From Podarcis gaigeae (Eukaryota), in NCBI GenBank assembly GCA_964106915.2, contig OZ066915.1: a stretch of DNA of 64,000 bases; one strand, given 5' to 3'. The translations under genes were made by a program, and so were the position numbers. Positions 1 to 11,966 of the stretch are shown here, piece after piece. The notes under the pieces were generated by a model. The model saw only the letters and a program-made list of their open reading frames with translations. It did not search any database and was not told the origin of the DNA. The stretch's first letter is position 1; every line of letters begins with the position of its first letter.

Positions 1-71
1 GTTCCAGGTTTGCTGCTTATGTATCCAGAAGTTTACGTAACCAGAGGGTTATGTAAGTGGAGGTACTACTG
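1..71. mobile_element. Terminal part of a Tigger/pogo-like (Tc1-mariner) MITE
   Basis: Ends GAGGTACTACTG followed by TA, matching the TIR type at 11717, 34188 and 61381. Confidence 0.65.
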
Positions 72-272
72 TAGTAGTAGCAGTGTTAGGTTCATTTTGG
101 CTGACTTTTGAAACAGCTTGCAGCTACCATATATTATTTAATGAAATGGCATTGATTCCAACTTTGCACGAGCAGACTACAGCTCATGCAATCCATCTTG
201 CCCTTCTCTCTGCAGCCTGCTGTACCCCCTCTCCAAAAAGCTTCTCCAGAGGCCCAGGAAGACCTTTCATAC

Positions 273-402
273 CAGGGGTGGGGAACCTGTGGCCTTACAG
301 ATACTGTTGGACTCCAACCTCCATGATCACTGACCATTGGCCATGTTGCCTGGGACTGATGGGAGTTGGAGTCCGAGAACATCTGCAGGTTCTCTACTCC
401 TG
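273..402. mobile_element. Palindromic hAT-type MITE (older copy)
   Basis: CAGGGGTGGGGAACCTG ... CAGGTTCTCTACTCCTG with the GGACTCCAAC/GTTGGAGTCC inner stem. Related decayed copies near 12057-12172, 17480-17600, 25328-25450, 43350-43450 and 54440-54565. Confidence 0.7.
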
Positions 403-658
403 AGCCAAGCACTTGGGGGCTGCAGTGAAAGGGGGTTGTTCCATCTCCTCCTGTTACGTTCCACATATCTCTCTTCTCAGATTGTTAAAACCTGGTCACA
501 TAAATCATATCTCAGTGGTAAAGTAAATGTTTTCTATGTAGAAGGTCTCCGGTGTTTAACCCCTGCCATCTCCAGGTATAAAAGCATCTCAAGAAGTAGC
601 TGCCTGGAAACATAAATAGCTGGTGGCAGTCTAAGTAGATGATATTGGTCTAAATAAA

Positions 659-992
659 GGTAAAGGTAAAGGGGCCCCTGACCATTAGGTCCAGTCGTGA
701 CCGACTCTGGGGTTGTGGCGCTCATCTCGCTTTATTGGCCGAGGGAGCCAGCGTACAACTTCCAGGTCATGTGGCCAGCATGACTAAGCTGCTTCTGGTG
801 AACCACAGCAGCGCACAGAAACACCGTTTACCTTCCCGCCAGAGCGGTACCTATTTATCTACTTGCATTTTAACGTGCTTTCGAACTGCTAGGTTGGCAG
901 GAGCTCACCCCGTTGCAGGGATTCAAACTGCCGACCTTCTGATCGGCAAGTTCTAGGCTCTGTGGTTTAACCCACAGTGCCACCCACATTCC
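659..992 (-). mobile_element. Sauria SINE (Squam1-type), inserted in an older tRNA SINE
   Basis: (ACCTTT)n tail, body homologous to the copies at 5661 and 37544, TSD GGTCTAAATAAA at 647-658 and 993-1004. Confidence 0.92.
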
Positions 993-2640
993 GGTCTAAA
1001 TAAACTGATGGTCTAATTGAGAACAAGGCATTATTCCTTTCTGTTATGCCCTCAGATTCATGAATGCTACTACCCATGTAACTCCTTTCTACTTGTTATG
1101 AATCCAGATGTCTCCAAGCCTCTTTCTATTAATTGCATGCATTTAATCCAAGTAGCTGCACCTTGGATAGTATAGGTCCTTTGCTTCACTGGGCATGAAG
1201 TCAGGGGCATCTAGACCCCTGCTGGCCACATGCCACTAGAGTAAAAATATGTTTTCAGAATTTGCCCTGCAATTAAAGGAGGGGGAATGAGCCATTCTCT
1301 TGGCATTAGTGATGGCAGCAATCACATACCAGTCAGCAGGAGGCTGTCCCACACCCATAGCAGGAAACTGCTCTAGGACCTCCTCTCCCCACCCATCCTT
1401 CTCCCCCCCCCCCTTCCAAAACTAGAGCCTAATGCTGGTAAATGACAGTATGATTTCCCAGTTGGAAACAGAAATTGAGATGGTGGGCAAATTCAGAATG
1501 GGAACCTTTTCCCTCCCATCTCCCCCTCCCCTCCCCTTGCAGTAAAAATAAGACTAAGAGTGGACAATGGGAAAAGACCATTCATAAGCGGTCAGTGTAA
1601 CCAGGTTGTCTGCATATCCCAATAGTGGCTATCTGACTTGCCCAGCAGGCATTTTGACTCCAGAGCAGATGCATAAGCAGAATATCGGCTTGAAATGTCA
1701 GTTATGAGCTGAGTGTGAATTTCAGGGTAATGTGAGCGACGTGATAAAATTTAAGTGTTGCAGACAGCGAAGAATCATATGATGCACCTATTATTTGATT
1801 TTTGACAGCCTTGTTAATTAGAACAACCTTTATTAATCTGGTGTTCCCCAGATGTTTTGTACCATAACATCACCACTGACTATTGGCTGTGCTGGCTGGT
1901 GCTGATGGAAGCTGAATGAGAAGATTGTAAATATATATATATATATATATATTTTAAGTCTCAGGGTTCTAACAAACATTTCATATCGTTGTTTGAAAGA
2001 AACTTACTGTTCCCTGAGGCAGCTAAGTTTTGAAGAAATAATAAATGCTATTAAATGAATGGAGCTTGTGGACTGGAGAAATAGAATTCAGTCATAAATA
2101 TACTCTTGGCCAAACTAGATATTACCCAGTGCTTTCCCCCCCGGGGGTTTGCAGGGGTTCTCATACCCCTAAACCTTTTGTGAATCTTTGTGTTTTTGTT
2201 CATTTACTGTATTTTATTTCCCCCGATTTGAACTATAAAATGGTGATATTCTTGAATCAAAATGAGAGTATCTCTAAACGTGTTTTTTTAGGGAAAAAAA
2301 GCACTGATATTACCACCCCTGAGTGTAACTATCCTGCCCTCCCCACACACCTTAAGCTAAATTAGCCTTGTAGACAGTGAGTTTAAGGAAAGGAATGATC
2401 AGGAGAAGGGTTTGCACAACACATCTCTCCTTGCAATCATCTCCTCCCTAAATAGTTTCTTATTCTGCAGGACAAAACAAATACCTCCATCTGTCCTGTA
2501 AAATATCTTGGGACAATTTTGAGGATAAAAATGGCCAGAAATTAGAAGTTTAAGCAACCTCTGTCCCTCCCAACCTCACCTATCCTCTACTTCAGCCCAA
2601 CTCCTATGAGGATGCTCCCCCTCCCCAATTGCACCTCCTT

Positions 2641-2643
<3 letters not shown>

Positions 2644-2710
<67 letters not shown>
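2644..2710. repeat. Compound (CA)n(GA)n microsatellite
   Basis: Read directly from the sequence. Confidence 0.97.
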
Positions 2711-2713
<3 letters not shown>

Positions 2714-3103
2714 CCCCCCCCCATACTTGGGGAAAGTTACACATAACTTATAATATTGGACCCATTTTCCATGAAAAAAGCTCCACTGAGCTCTATGGGA
2801 ACCACCTCTCAGTAAACATGTTTAGAGGAAATGCATTGAGAACAAGTTTTTTTTAACATTAAGTGTTTCTGGTATTACACGGCGTATTTGCCTTTTGCTT
2901 TTTGTCTGTAGTTCTTCACTTGTTTCAGGTCTGGAACTGCAGTGGTGGTCTTGTTTGTCCAGTGGTTCCTGTGCAGAAATTGAGGGGCCATGCCTTTGAA
3001 CTTTTTTAAAAATTCAGGGTGGCTTTCTTTTTATCTGAGTATATATATTTTTAATCCTGTGCAAATTGTTTATATGTATTATTATTAAGTAATCCTAGAG
3101 ATA

Positions 3104-3105
<2 letters not shown>

Positions 3106-3145
<40 letters not shown>
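3106..3145. repeat. (TG)n microsatellite
   Basis: Read directly from the sequence. Confidence 0.97.
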
Positions 3146-3147
<2 letters not shown>

Positions 3148-3664
3148 AACACATCTGGATCCTAATAGCTTCATTTTGCATGCTAGAAGAATAAATAACA
3201 CTCTGTATAACCCAAGTGACATACAGAACAAATTAATATGTTGAGTTATACATTAACCTTGCCTCTTTCATTTGGCCTTTAGATAGTTAATGACTCCCCA
3301 GAGACTGAAATCTAAGTACTGTTGGAGCCAAAGATGTTCCTTCAAGAACACAAATGTTATCTATTAGGGAAAATACATTAGTTATATTTGTTTTCCTCCC
3401 ATTATTGAAATCAGAAGATTGCTTCCCTAGGAAATGTAATTATAAAAATTAATGTTAAGTCAAGGAAAAAAGTTTGCATTCTTTTCCCATGATCACATGC
3501 TGCTGTGGAGAATTTCAACTTCAATAAATCTACACAAGCCAGGTGTCATCTGCCTCAAGTTTGTATGGTGCAGTCTCTTAGGCTTCTAACATCCTCCTCC
3601 AAAGTTGGCATAAACTTTGGAAAATTTAAGCAGATTGCCAGGATTTGCCTGTGAATTTCTTAAT

Positions 3665-3699
<35 letters not shown>
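3665..3699. repeat. (TG)n(TA)n microsatellite
   Basis: Read directly from the sequence. Confidence 0.95.
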
Positions 3700-5660
3700 T
3701 CTCAGTAGAAAACCAACAGGGCAACCGAGAGATATTTTGTTCTTTGAAGCAGAGCAGTTAATAGTGTAGTCCCCCCCCCCCACTTCCCCATCCCAAGTCA
3801 AGGTACATATCACCTTAGTCTGTCAAGTCATTTTGGCCCAAAGGCAGAAAATCCCCTTAAGGGCCAATAATAAATTGAATCGCTAACAATTTATTGCCCT
3901 TTCATGACACCCTGAATCAGCTGTCTCTGCCTAGCTCATGGCAAGGCCAACTCTGCAAAACAACACCTCAGATGTAAACAACTTAAAAGACGAAAAGCAC
4001 AAGGCTGCAAACCCTGCACCTCACCTTTGTCCTTTTTATAGCCCTTAATGGGTTGGAGGGCAAGGGTCTGTTGCAGGAAGCCTCCTGTACTTGTGGAGGT
4101 TTCCTGTATGTTTTAGAATTTGTGCACAGTTGCTTTTCATACAGTGTGGAAAGTTTTGCAAAACATCCTCCCTCCCAAATTATGGTTCAGCACTAATGTT
4201 CATTGCAGAATGCTGGATTCTATTCCAGGATTATAGATCAGGAGAGAAAATGCATTGTCACATTTAAGGCCTGTTCTCACCAACCATATGGAATGTGGAT
4301 ACACAATCCCAATCCCACAGCAGTGTGGAAAATAAAGGGTTAGGCTATTGCTAATTAGCCACCATTACTGTCTGAGCATTCAGAACAGTTGAGGAGTGAT
4401 TAGCTGACACAGCTTGTAGTCAGGAGTGTTTTAATGGATTTTCTCTGGTTCGCTGTAGATAAGGCTGTAATCGACAGATTTCCACAGTAGAAAAAGTCAA
4501 CACTGAAGTGAATGTATAGATGGTGTGGATGTGCATTGGGCATGTGCTCTTTTAACATATTGAAAACCTGGGGGAAACAGGAAGTAAACGAAGTGGGACA
4601 CTTTGCAGATTGTACCAGCCTACTTAAGATAGAGGTCTAAAATAGGGACTGTTGGTAAGAGGAATATATATTTATATTTAGGAAGCTGGAAGCAACTGAT
4701 AAGGAATACTGTGGAATACTCTGTTGGTGCTCTGCAGCTTCTGCTAATATACTCCTATTTAGTCAAGCACTGGTTACTTTCAAAGATGAGATACTGGGCA
4801 CGATAGTAAGGCTACTCTTTTGCATTTATTACAAATGGGCATTACTGGGAGGTTATTTTGGGGGGAGGGGATGATCCTGGAATAGGTACACATTCATTAA
4901 GCAAGGAATTTTAATGATTCATTCGAGGATATCTGGAAAAGCAGAATGGAAATACTGACAAGATTCTGGGTGAAGTAGGAAACATTATGTCTGATGAGTC
5001 TCTGCTGTGGGGAACCTGGGTCTGTCTCTGCTTTCTTCCCTCACCCCACAGAAAGCCAACAGTCACTTAAGCAGGTTTGATTACCAGAATAATTCCCTAA
5101 ATAATGTTTTTGGTCTGCTTAGCATAGTAATGTGAAGCATGTTGGATTCTCCCCCCTCTCCCACTATTAGGACATGAACTGAATGGTTACAAATATGAGC
5201 ACAACTGCCCGGATGGGTTTTGACAGCACTGTCTCTATGAGTCAAAATGATGATCATTCTGGTGATTTATTGGCTTGGATGCAGACTTGCTCTTCCACCT
5301 TCCATTTATGGAAGGGGCTGTAATTTAGGAGAGATTTTTGTTCTCCCAATGCTCTTTAGCCATTTTTCAGGGGCTTGCAGAGGAAAGGTGGAACCAGAGG
5401 AAAATCCCCCCCCCTCTTTCCACCAGCTACCAGGAATATCCCAGTGAACAGACCTCTGTTTGCAGGATCCAAGCTGATGCGTTCATGCTTTGGTAATCAC
5501 TGTCACTGAATATGATAGAGCAGTGGTTCCCAATTAGGGGTCTGGGGACCCCTGGGGGAGTCTGTGGAATGCACACAGGGGGTCTGCGGCCCCATCCCTT
5601 GCCTCCCCCAACTATTTTTTGTTTTTGTTGTTATTTTTGCATGGTAGTATCACAAATTTT

Positions 5661-6006
5661 GGGACTCGGGTGGCGCTGTGGGTTAAACCACAGAGCCTAG
5701 GACTTGCCAATCAGAAGGTCGGCAGTTCGAATCCCTGCGATGGGGTGAGCTCCCGTTGCTCAGTCCCAGCTCCTGCCAACCTAGCAGTTCGAAAGCATGT
5801 CAAAATGCAAGTAGATAAATAGGTACCACTCAGGCAGGAAGGTAAACAGCGTTTCCGTGCGCTGCTCTGGTTCGCCAGAAGCGGCTTAGTCATGCTGGCC
5901 ACATGACCCGGAAGCTGTACACCGGCTCCCTCGGCCAATAAAGCGAGATGAGCGCCGCAACCCCAGTCGGTTACGACTGGGCCTAATGGTCAGGGGTCCC
6001 TTTACC
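5661..6006 (+). mobile_element. Sauria SINE, full length
   Basis: tRNA-like head GGGACTCGGGTGGCGCTGTGGGTTAAACC with B box GTTCGAATCC, tail CCCTTTACC, TSD TATCACAAATTTT at 5648-5660 and 6007-6019. Confidence 0.93.
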
Positions 6007-6030
6007 TATCACAAATTTTATGGTCTGCTT

Positions 6031-6870
6031 TAGCACTGTGCGATTTTTAAATATATTGGCCAAAATAAGTTTTGAAATCACACTGCCAATATCGCACGAT
6101 GATCTCAGCCAATAAGGCTGCTGATCTGAGCTGCCTTCCCTCACACTGAGGAAGACCAGGCCAGCTGATAATGCTGCACCCTTCCCTCATGCCAAGGCAA
6201 AACAGGGCAGCTGGTCGCCCTCATTTCAAGGCACAGTGGCACTACCTTTCCCTGGCACTGAGGCGGAACAGCTTTTCTCAGTCAGCAGGAAAGCAGCAGT
6301 AGCCACAGCAGATGTGCATTTTCGCTGGCTGGCACTGCTGGCTGCCCCACTGATGGCGGCTTGATGAAACCCATCCTCTTAACCACTACACCACACTTAA
6401 GAGCGGTAGTCTCGTAATCTGGGGAACCGGGTTCATGTCTCCGCTCCTCCACATGCAGCTGCTGGGTGACCTTGGGCCAGTCACACTTCTTTGAAGTCTC
6501 TCAGCCCCACTCACCTCACAGAGTGTTTGTTGTGGGGGAGGAAGGGAAAGGAGAATGTTAGCCGCTTTGAGACTCCTGAAGGGGAGTGAAAGGTGGGATA
6601 TCAAATCCAAACTCTTATTCTTCTTCTCAAACCATGCAGTGGAGGTGGCTCCACTTCCTCTCTCCCCCACCCAGTCCAATCTCTGTGACTTTTCCTTCCC
6701 TCATCCCCGTGCCTGATCTGCACACACCCCACCCATCTGATCTCCTTGACTGCTCCTTCCCTCATCCCCACGCCTGATCTCCAATTTCAGACATCGTAAT
6801 ATATCAGAACACCGTTATGTTTAGCTGCTGGTATATCACAATGTTGAAAACCACATACTGCTCAGCCCTA
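6031..6870. mobile_element. Second non-autonomous hAT-like element nested in 5521-7052
   Basis: Degenerate TIRs TAGCACTGTGC / GCTCAGCCCTA; 8-bp TSD GTCTGCTT / GTCTGTTT (7 of 8). Confidence 0.7.
6376..6628 (+). mobile_element. tRNA-derived SINE (Squam3-like) with inverted 5' end
   Basis: B-box-like GGGTTCATGTCTCC, core GCTGGGTGACCTTGGGCCAGTCAC, tail TCTTATTCTTCTTCT. Family name from recall. Confidence 0.8.
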
Positions 6871-7119
6871 GTCTGTTTTTTAGTATATCTAAAATCCTTT
6901 GCTCATTAGGGGCTACCCCGCATTATGTTCAGAAAATTGCTTTCCAGAGGTAACTACCATAGAGTTATCAAAATTTTTAAAAGTAGGGGGTCCGTGGCTT
7001 GGCTTTTGAAAAACAAGGAGGTCCTCAGTCATTAGCTAATTGGGAACCACTGTGATAGAGAAAAACATTGGTAAACAGAATGTGTATTTAAAAAGGTCTC
7101 TGCACCAAGGAGCTTACAT

Positions 7120-7120
<1 letters not shown>

Positions 7121-7164
<44 letters not shown>

Positions 7165-9197
7165 TTTTTTATTTATACCCCGCCCTCCCCAGCCAAGGCC
7201 GGGCTCAGAGCGGCTTACAAGCAATAATAAAAACAAGATGAATGATTACAACTTAAAAACAAAAATAAAATACAACATTAAAATAATGGAACATTAAAAT
7301 ATTAAAATGTAGCCTCATTGCAGGAGAAGGAAAAGAAAGAAAGAGGAGAAAAAAAGAGAGAGAGAGAGAGAGAGGGAGGGAATCAAATTGGCTCCAAGCC
7401 AAAGGCCAGGTGGAACAACTCTGTCTTACAGGCCCTGCGGAAAGAAATCAGATCCTGCAGGGCCCTGGTCTCATGAGGCAGAGCGTTCCACCAGGCCGGA
7501 GCCAGAGTTGAAAAGGCCCTGGCTCTGGTTGAAGCCAATCTAAATTCTTTAGGGCCTGGGACCACTAGGGTGTTATTATTTATGGACCTTGAGGCTCTCC
7601 GTGGGGCATACCAGGAGAGGCGGTCCCATAGGTACGAGGGTCCTAGGCCGTGAAGGGCTTTAAAGGTCAAAAGCAGCACCTTAAATCTGACCCTGTACTC
7701 CACCGGGAGCCAGTGCAGCTTGAAAAGCACTGGGTGAATATGCTCTCATGGCAGAGACCCCGTGAGGAGCCTCGCTGCAGCATTCTGTACCCGCTGGAGT
7801 TTCTGGGACAGCTTCAAGGGCAGCCCCGCATAGAGCGAATTACAGTAGTCAAGCCTGGAGATGACCGTCGCATGGATCACTGTGGCCAGGTCAGGGCGGG
7901 AAAGGTAAGGGACCAACTGCTTGATGCGGCGAAGGTGGAAAAATGTCGCCTTGGCTGTTGCTGTAACCTGCGCCTCCATGGAAAGGGAGGCATCAAGGAT
8001 TACACCCAAACTCTTAACGGAAGGCAATGGCACTAATTGGGCCCCCGCAAGAGAAGGGAGTTGGTCCCTCATCCCCATGCCATCCCGACCTAGCCATAGG
8101 ACCTCTGTCTTCAAAGGATTTAGTTTCAATCGGCTCCCACGAAATCATCCAGCCACAGCTTCCAAGCATCTGGTCAGTGTGTTCGGGGCCGAGTCAGTGT
8201 GGCCATCCATCAGCAGATAGAGCTGAGTGTCATCAGCATATTGGTGACAGCCCAGCCCATAGCTCCGGATAATCTGGGCAAGGGGGCGCATAAAGATGTT
8301 AAAAAGCATCGGGGAGAGAATTGCGCCCTGCGGCACTCCACACACCAAGGAGTGGCGCAACGACATTTCCCTCCCTAATGCCACCCTCTGTCCCCGACCA
8401 GAGATAAAAGAGCACAACCAGTTACGGGCTATGCCCTGTATCCCTACGTCTGCAAGGCGGTGGTCCAGAAGATCATGATCGACCATGTCAAAGGCTGCTG
8501 ACAAATCTAAAAGGATCAGCAGTCCTGACCCGCCTTGATCCAGTTGTCTACGGAGATCATCTGTTAGGGCAGCCAGAGCCGTCTCCGTCCCAAAACCAGG
8601 ACGGAAACCGGACTGAAATGGATCTAATGCCGATGTTTCCTCCAGAAACCTACCAAGCTGTTCAGCAACTGCTCTCTCAATTACCTTACCCAGGTATGGA
8701 AGATTTGAAACTGGGCGGTAATTGGATAGGTAATTGGATAGGTCTAAGGGATCTAATGAAGTTTTTAAGAGTGGACACACCACTGCTTCCTTCAATTCCC
8801 CTGGGAATGTCCCCGTGTCAAGGGACAAATTGATAATTTCAACCAGGGGGGTCCGCACAACATCTGGACACTCCCTAATCAGCCAAGACGGGCATGGATC
8901 AAGGAGGCAGGTGGTGGGCCTACCAACTTGGAGGAATCTATCCACATCAGTAGGGAGTATCCGATCGAAATGGTCCAACACTGGACCTGAAGTCAGTCGA
9001 GGGGCCTCCAGTTCAGTCACTGTATCTAAATTGGCAGGGAGGTCACGGCGGAGCAACAGGACTTTCTCCGCAAAAAAACTCGCGAATGCCTCACAGCTGT
9101 GGGTCGAATTTGTGCTTAAATTTGGTTGTCCTCCTAAGGACGTTATTGACCTAATTATTTTAAAAAGTTGTGCCGGGTGAGAGCTAGCGGATGCAAT
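7121..9197 (-). mobile_element. 5'-truncated L2-clade LINE (RT and C-terminal ORF2, 3'UTR, microsatellite tail)
   Basis: One minus frame: NYRPVSNLPYLGK, QSGFRPGFGTETAL, LDLSAAFD, GVPQG, YADDTQLY, KLNPLKTE, RLDYCNSL, LHWLPV. Two in-frame TGA stops (8145, 7746); ORF ends at 7383; (TAT)n tail reads (AAT)n on + at 7122-7165. 5' boundary approximate. Confidence 0.92.
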
Positions 9198-11716
9198 GGA
9201 ACTTTTATTAATTAAAAAGATGCATATTGGAATGATTAACACAAAGCAAGGAAGAGAGGGGAGCAACAAGTAAGTGCGGAGTTTTGCCAAGACCATCTTT
9301 AATAGAATAATAACCACCACAGTGTACTACTTAAGGACCCTGTGTGTCGACACAAGAACAGCCTCTGGGTTATTGCCCTAAATACTACTTTTAATATAAA
9401 TCAGTTGGAGACTTGCAGAAGAACGCTTGTAGTGCTTTTCTCCTCTCTTTTTTTGTAGGTGACCCTTGTCTTGCTTTGCTCATCCTGTTCCTCATTCAGC
9501 ATCCCAAGCCACACAGATTTTACTTATTTTCCATGCATTCCAAAGAAGAGAGGGGGTGGTGTGTGTGACCAGTTCCTTCCCTCAGATGCTAACTACTTTC
9601 AGCAAAGCCAGACCTCCCAAGTCAGTGGATACCAAAACTACTGCTACAGGGGGCAGAGCGGGAAGGAATGGTGTTTTGTTAAATACTTATGTATGTTGGG
9701 AGTGGAAGCTATTGAAGATTCATCTTTTTGCCACCCCATATAGGGCAAGGTCAGGATGGAATTTAAGTGATGATGCTCTGCACACACACACACACACACA
9801 CCGCCATTGTCCCCCTTTAGGATCTCACAAAGCAGTTTTGGTATAGACGTTTCCTCAGGTGCCAAGGAAATATACCTAGTCAACTCTTGCAATAAACGAT
9901 TCTGGTACTGTGGGGGCCAGAACAGGGACATCTAGTTCCAGAGGCACAGAAAAGGTGATAGCCAAGGGGAAGAGTGCTCATCTTGGTAATCCTCACCATC
10001 ACTACCTGCACTCATCTGACATGAAATGGGAGGCTAGATAGTAGTGGTGAGCAAATGAGCAGAGCAGCAAGAATTAAGTTGATGCTACGAGCTCAACCTG
10101 CTCATATAGTGAGGATGCTGCTCAGCTGACTCCTGTTTACTATCTCTAGAAGACAGAACAGACGGAGGGCAGCATGTGGCTTAGTGCCACATACACTCCC
10201 AGAACTTTCCCACCTCCACGTTCATACAGTGTATCCCCCAACAACATTTTAGAAATTAATGGTGGTGGAAGGGATGGAATTAGAGCAGGGAAACACGGTT
10301 GTTTCAAGAGCCAAAGTTAATTGAAAAGTCACCCCAGCCTAAAAACATTAATATAGTGCTTTTGTAGGAAAACCTTTAATATTTACAAGGAATATCTTAA
10401 AATATCAATAAAAATAGTTAATAGCAATTAAAAACAGATCATTAAAATTAGCGCCAAAAATTGCAAATAAATAAAGCACAGCAAAATTATTCCTTATCAG
10501 CCAGGATAAAGAGAATTATCAGCCCTTCAAGTGGCTGACTGAACATCAAAACCTCTATTCCAGGATCTTCAGTACTGACTCACTGATAGATGTTTTGTAT
10601 GCAGAAACACCCAGGTTCCCTATGATTCTCCCTTGCTTCCCATTACAACTGGAGCTACCTCTCAGAATGCCTCTGTGATTCTACCCCTCCTTTTCTTCCT
10701 CAAAACCCACCTGCTCCATAAAGCTTTTGGCACAGCTCCCTTTCCCCCAGATTCTGCTGTAACCAAGCCTGCACACGTGCAGCTGAAATAATAGCATATT
10801 GTGTTCCCCTGCTTAGCCCTGCCTTCATTTCCTTCCCCTTCTTCTGTTGTCTCTCTTGTGTTCAGTTTCTAGATTGTGAGCCCCTATGGGCAGGGATCTT
10901 TTCAAAGCACAGTGTCCATGGGTGATCCCTATCACTGGAATCACAGGCAACAGGGCTGTGCCTGAAACTTGTGAGAGCTGCTTCCAGGCACAGTAGACAA
11001 TCAAGAGCTTGATGGACCAATCTGACTTTGTATTAGGCAGCCTCTTACATTACAACTTGTGTGTTTTGGGGTACATATGTATTTATGGTGCAGGCATAGC
11101 ACAATAGAACATTGCCAAGCGGTTGCTAGTGCTGAACAGCATCACCCCATTTCTCCTTTTACTCAGGCGGATCCTTGTCTTTTCAATTGATGCTCACCCT
11201 ACTGAAGAAAGCAGGCTGGGCACAATCAGGATAATAGGAAGCAGCAGCCTCTTGGGGAGTTATGATACAATATATTTCAGCCGGGCGGGCCAGAGGGATA
11301 ATGTGAACCAGAGGCGCAGTGATAGGCTTGAAGGAAAGGCCTTCCTGTTGTTGCTACACTCATGATATCAGCTTTTTCACAAGACAGTTGGGGACTCATC
11401 TCACTGTGAAAGAATCCCACAGTTCTCCCCCCACCTCCCGTTAGTGCCTCATTTCAGGACCAACATATGCTTCACTTGGCTCGTCCATGCTGTTTACCAC
11501 ATTCCTGCTTTGCACATGTTTGATATGTGCACATTCTGCTATAAAGAAGAGAAGGCAGATTTTGAGAGGCTCTTCCATATCAAAGCCTAATATCGGAATG
11601 TATTTGTAAATAAATGAGAGAAAGCAGATAATGGAATTGTAGCAAGAATAACAGAGACATAAGCAAAAATGTAAGACGGCTACAAAGTGATACCAGGCCT
11701 CCAAAGGTTTCACATA

Positions 11717-11966
11717 CAGTGGTACCTCTGGATGCGAATGGGATCCGTTCTGGAGCCCCGTTCACATCCTGAAGTGATCCCGCATCTGCGGGTCGCAATT
11801 CATCGCTTCTGCGGGTCGCAATTCACCGCTTCCGCGCATGACGTCATTTTGAGTGTCTGCGCGAGCGGCGAAACCCAGAAGTAACGTGTTCTGTTACTTC
11901 CGGGTCGCCATGGAGCGTAACCTGAAAATGCTCAACCTGAAGCATATTTAATCCGAGGTATGACTG
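11717..11966. mobile_element. Tigger/pogo-like MITE, CpG-rich
   Basis: TA|CAGTGGTACCTC ... GAGGTATGACTG|TA; TA target duplication; internal tandem repeat of CTGCGGGTCGCAATTCA. Confidence 0.85.

Larger units (their letters stand above)
5521..7052. mobile_element. Non-autonomous hAT element expanded by nested insertions
   Basis: Perfect 17-bp TIR CAGTGGTTCCCAATTAG / CTAATTGGGAACCACTG; perfect 8-bp TSD TGATAGAG (5513-5520, 7053-7060). Confidence 0.9.

Noticed and set aside
735-956. Repeated 73-75 aa ORF (also 5711-5938 and 37620-37847) resembling a small gene family
   Set aside because: All are translations of the Sauria SINE antisense strand with non-ATG starts.
7650-9180. Plus-strand ORFs over the L2
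   Set aside because: Antisense shadows of the L2 reverse-transcriptase frame.
9198-9320. Hydrophobic N-terminus on the 391-aa RT ORF
   Set aside because: Flanking host sequence read through the L2 truncation point; no evidence of function.
9430-9846. Strong acceptor at 9458 with following ORFs
   Set aside because: No similarity to alpha2delta-3 or any protein I recognise; one ORF runs through a CA repeat; treated as a cryptic site.
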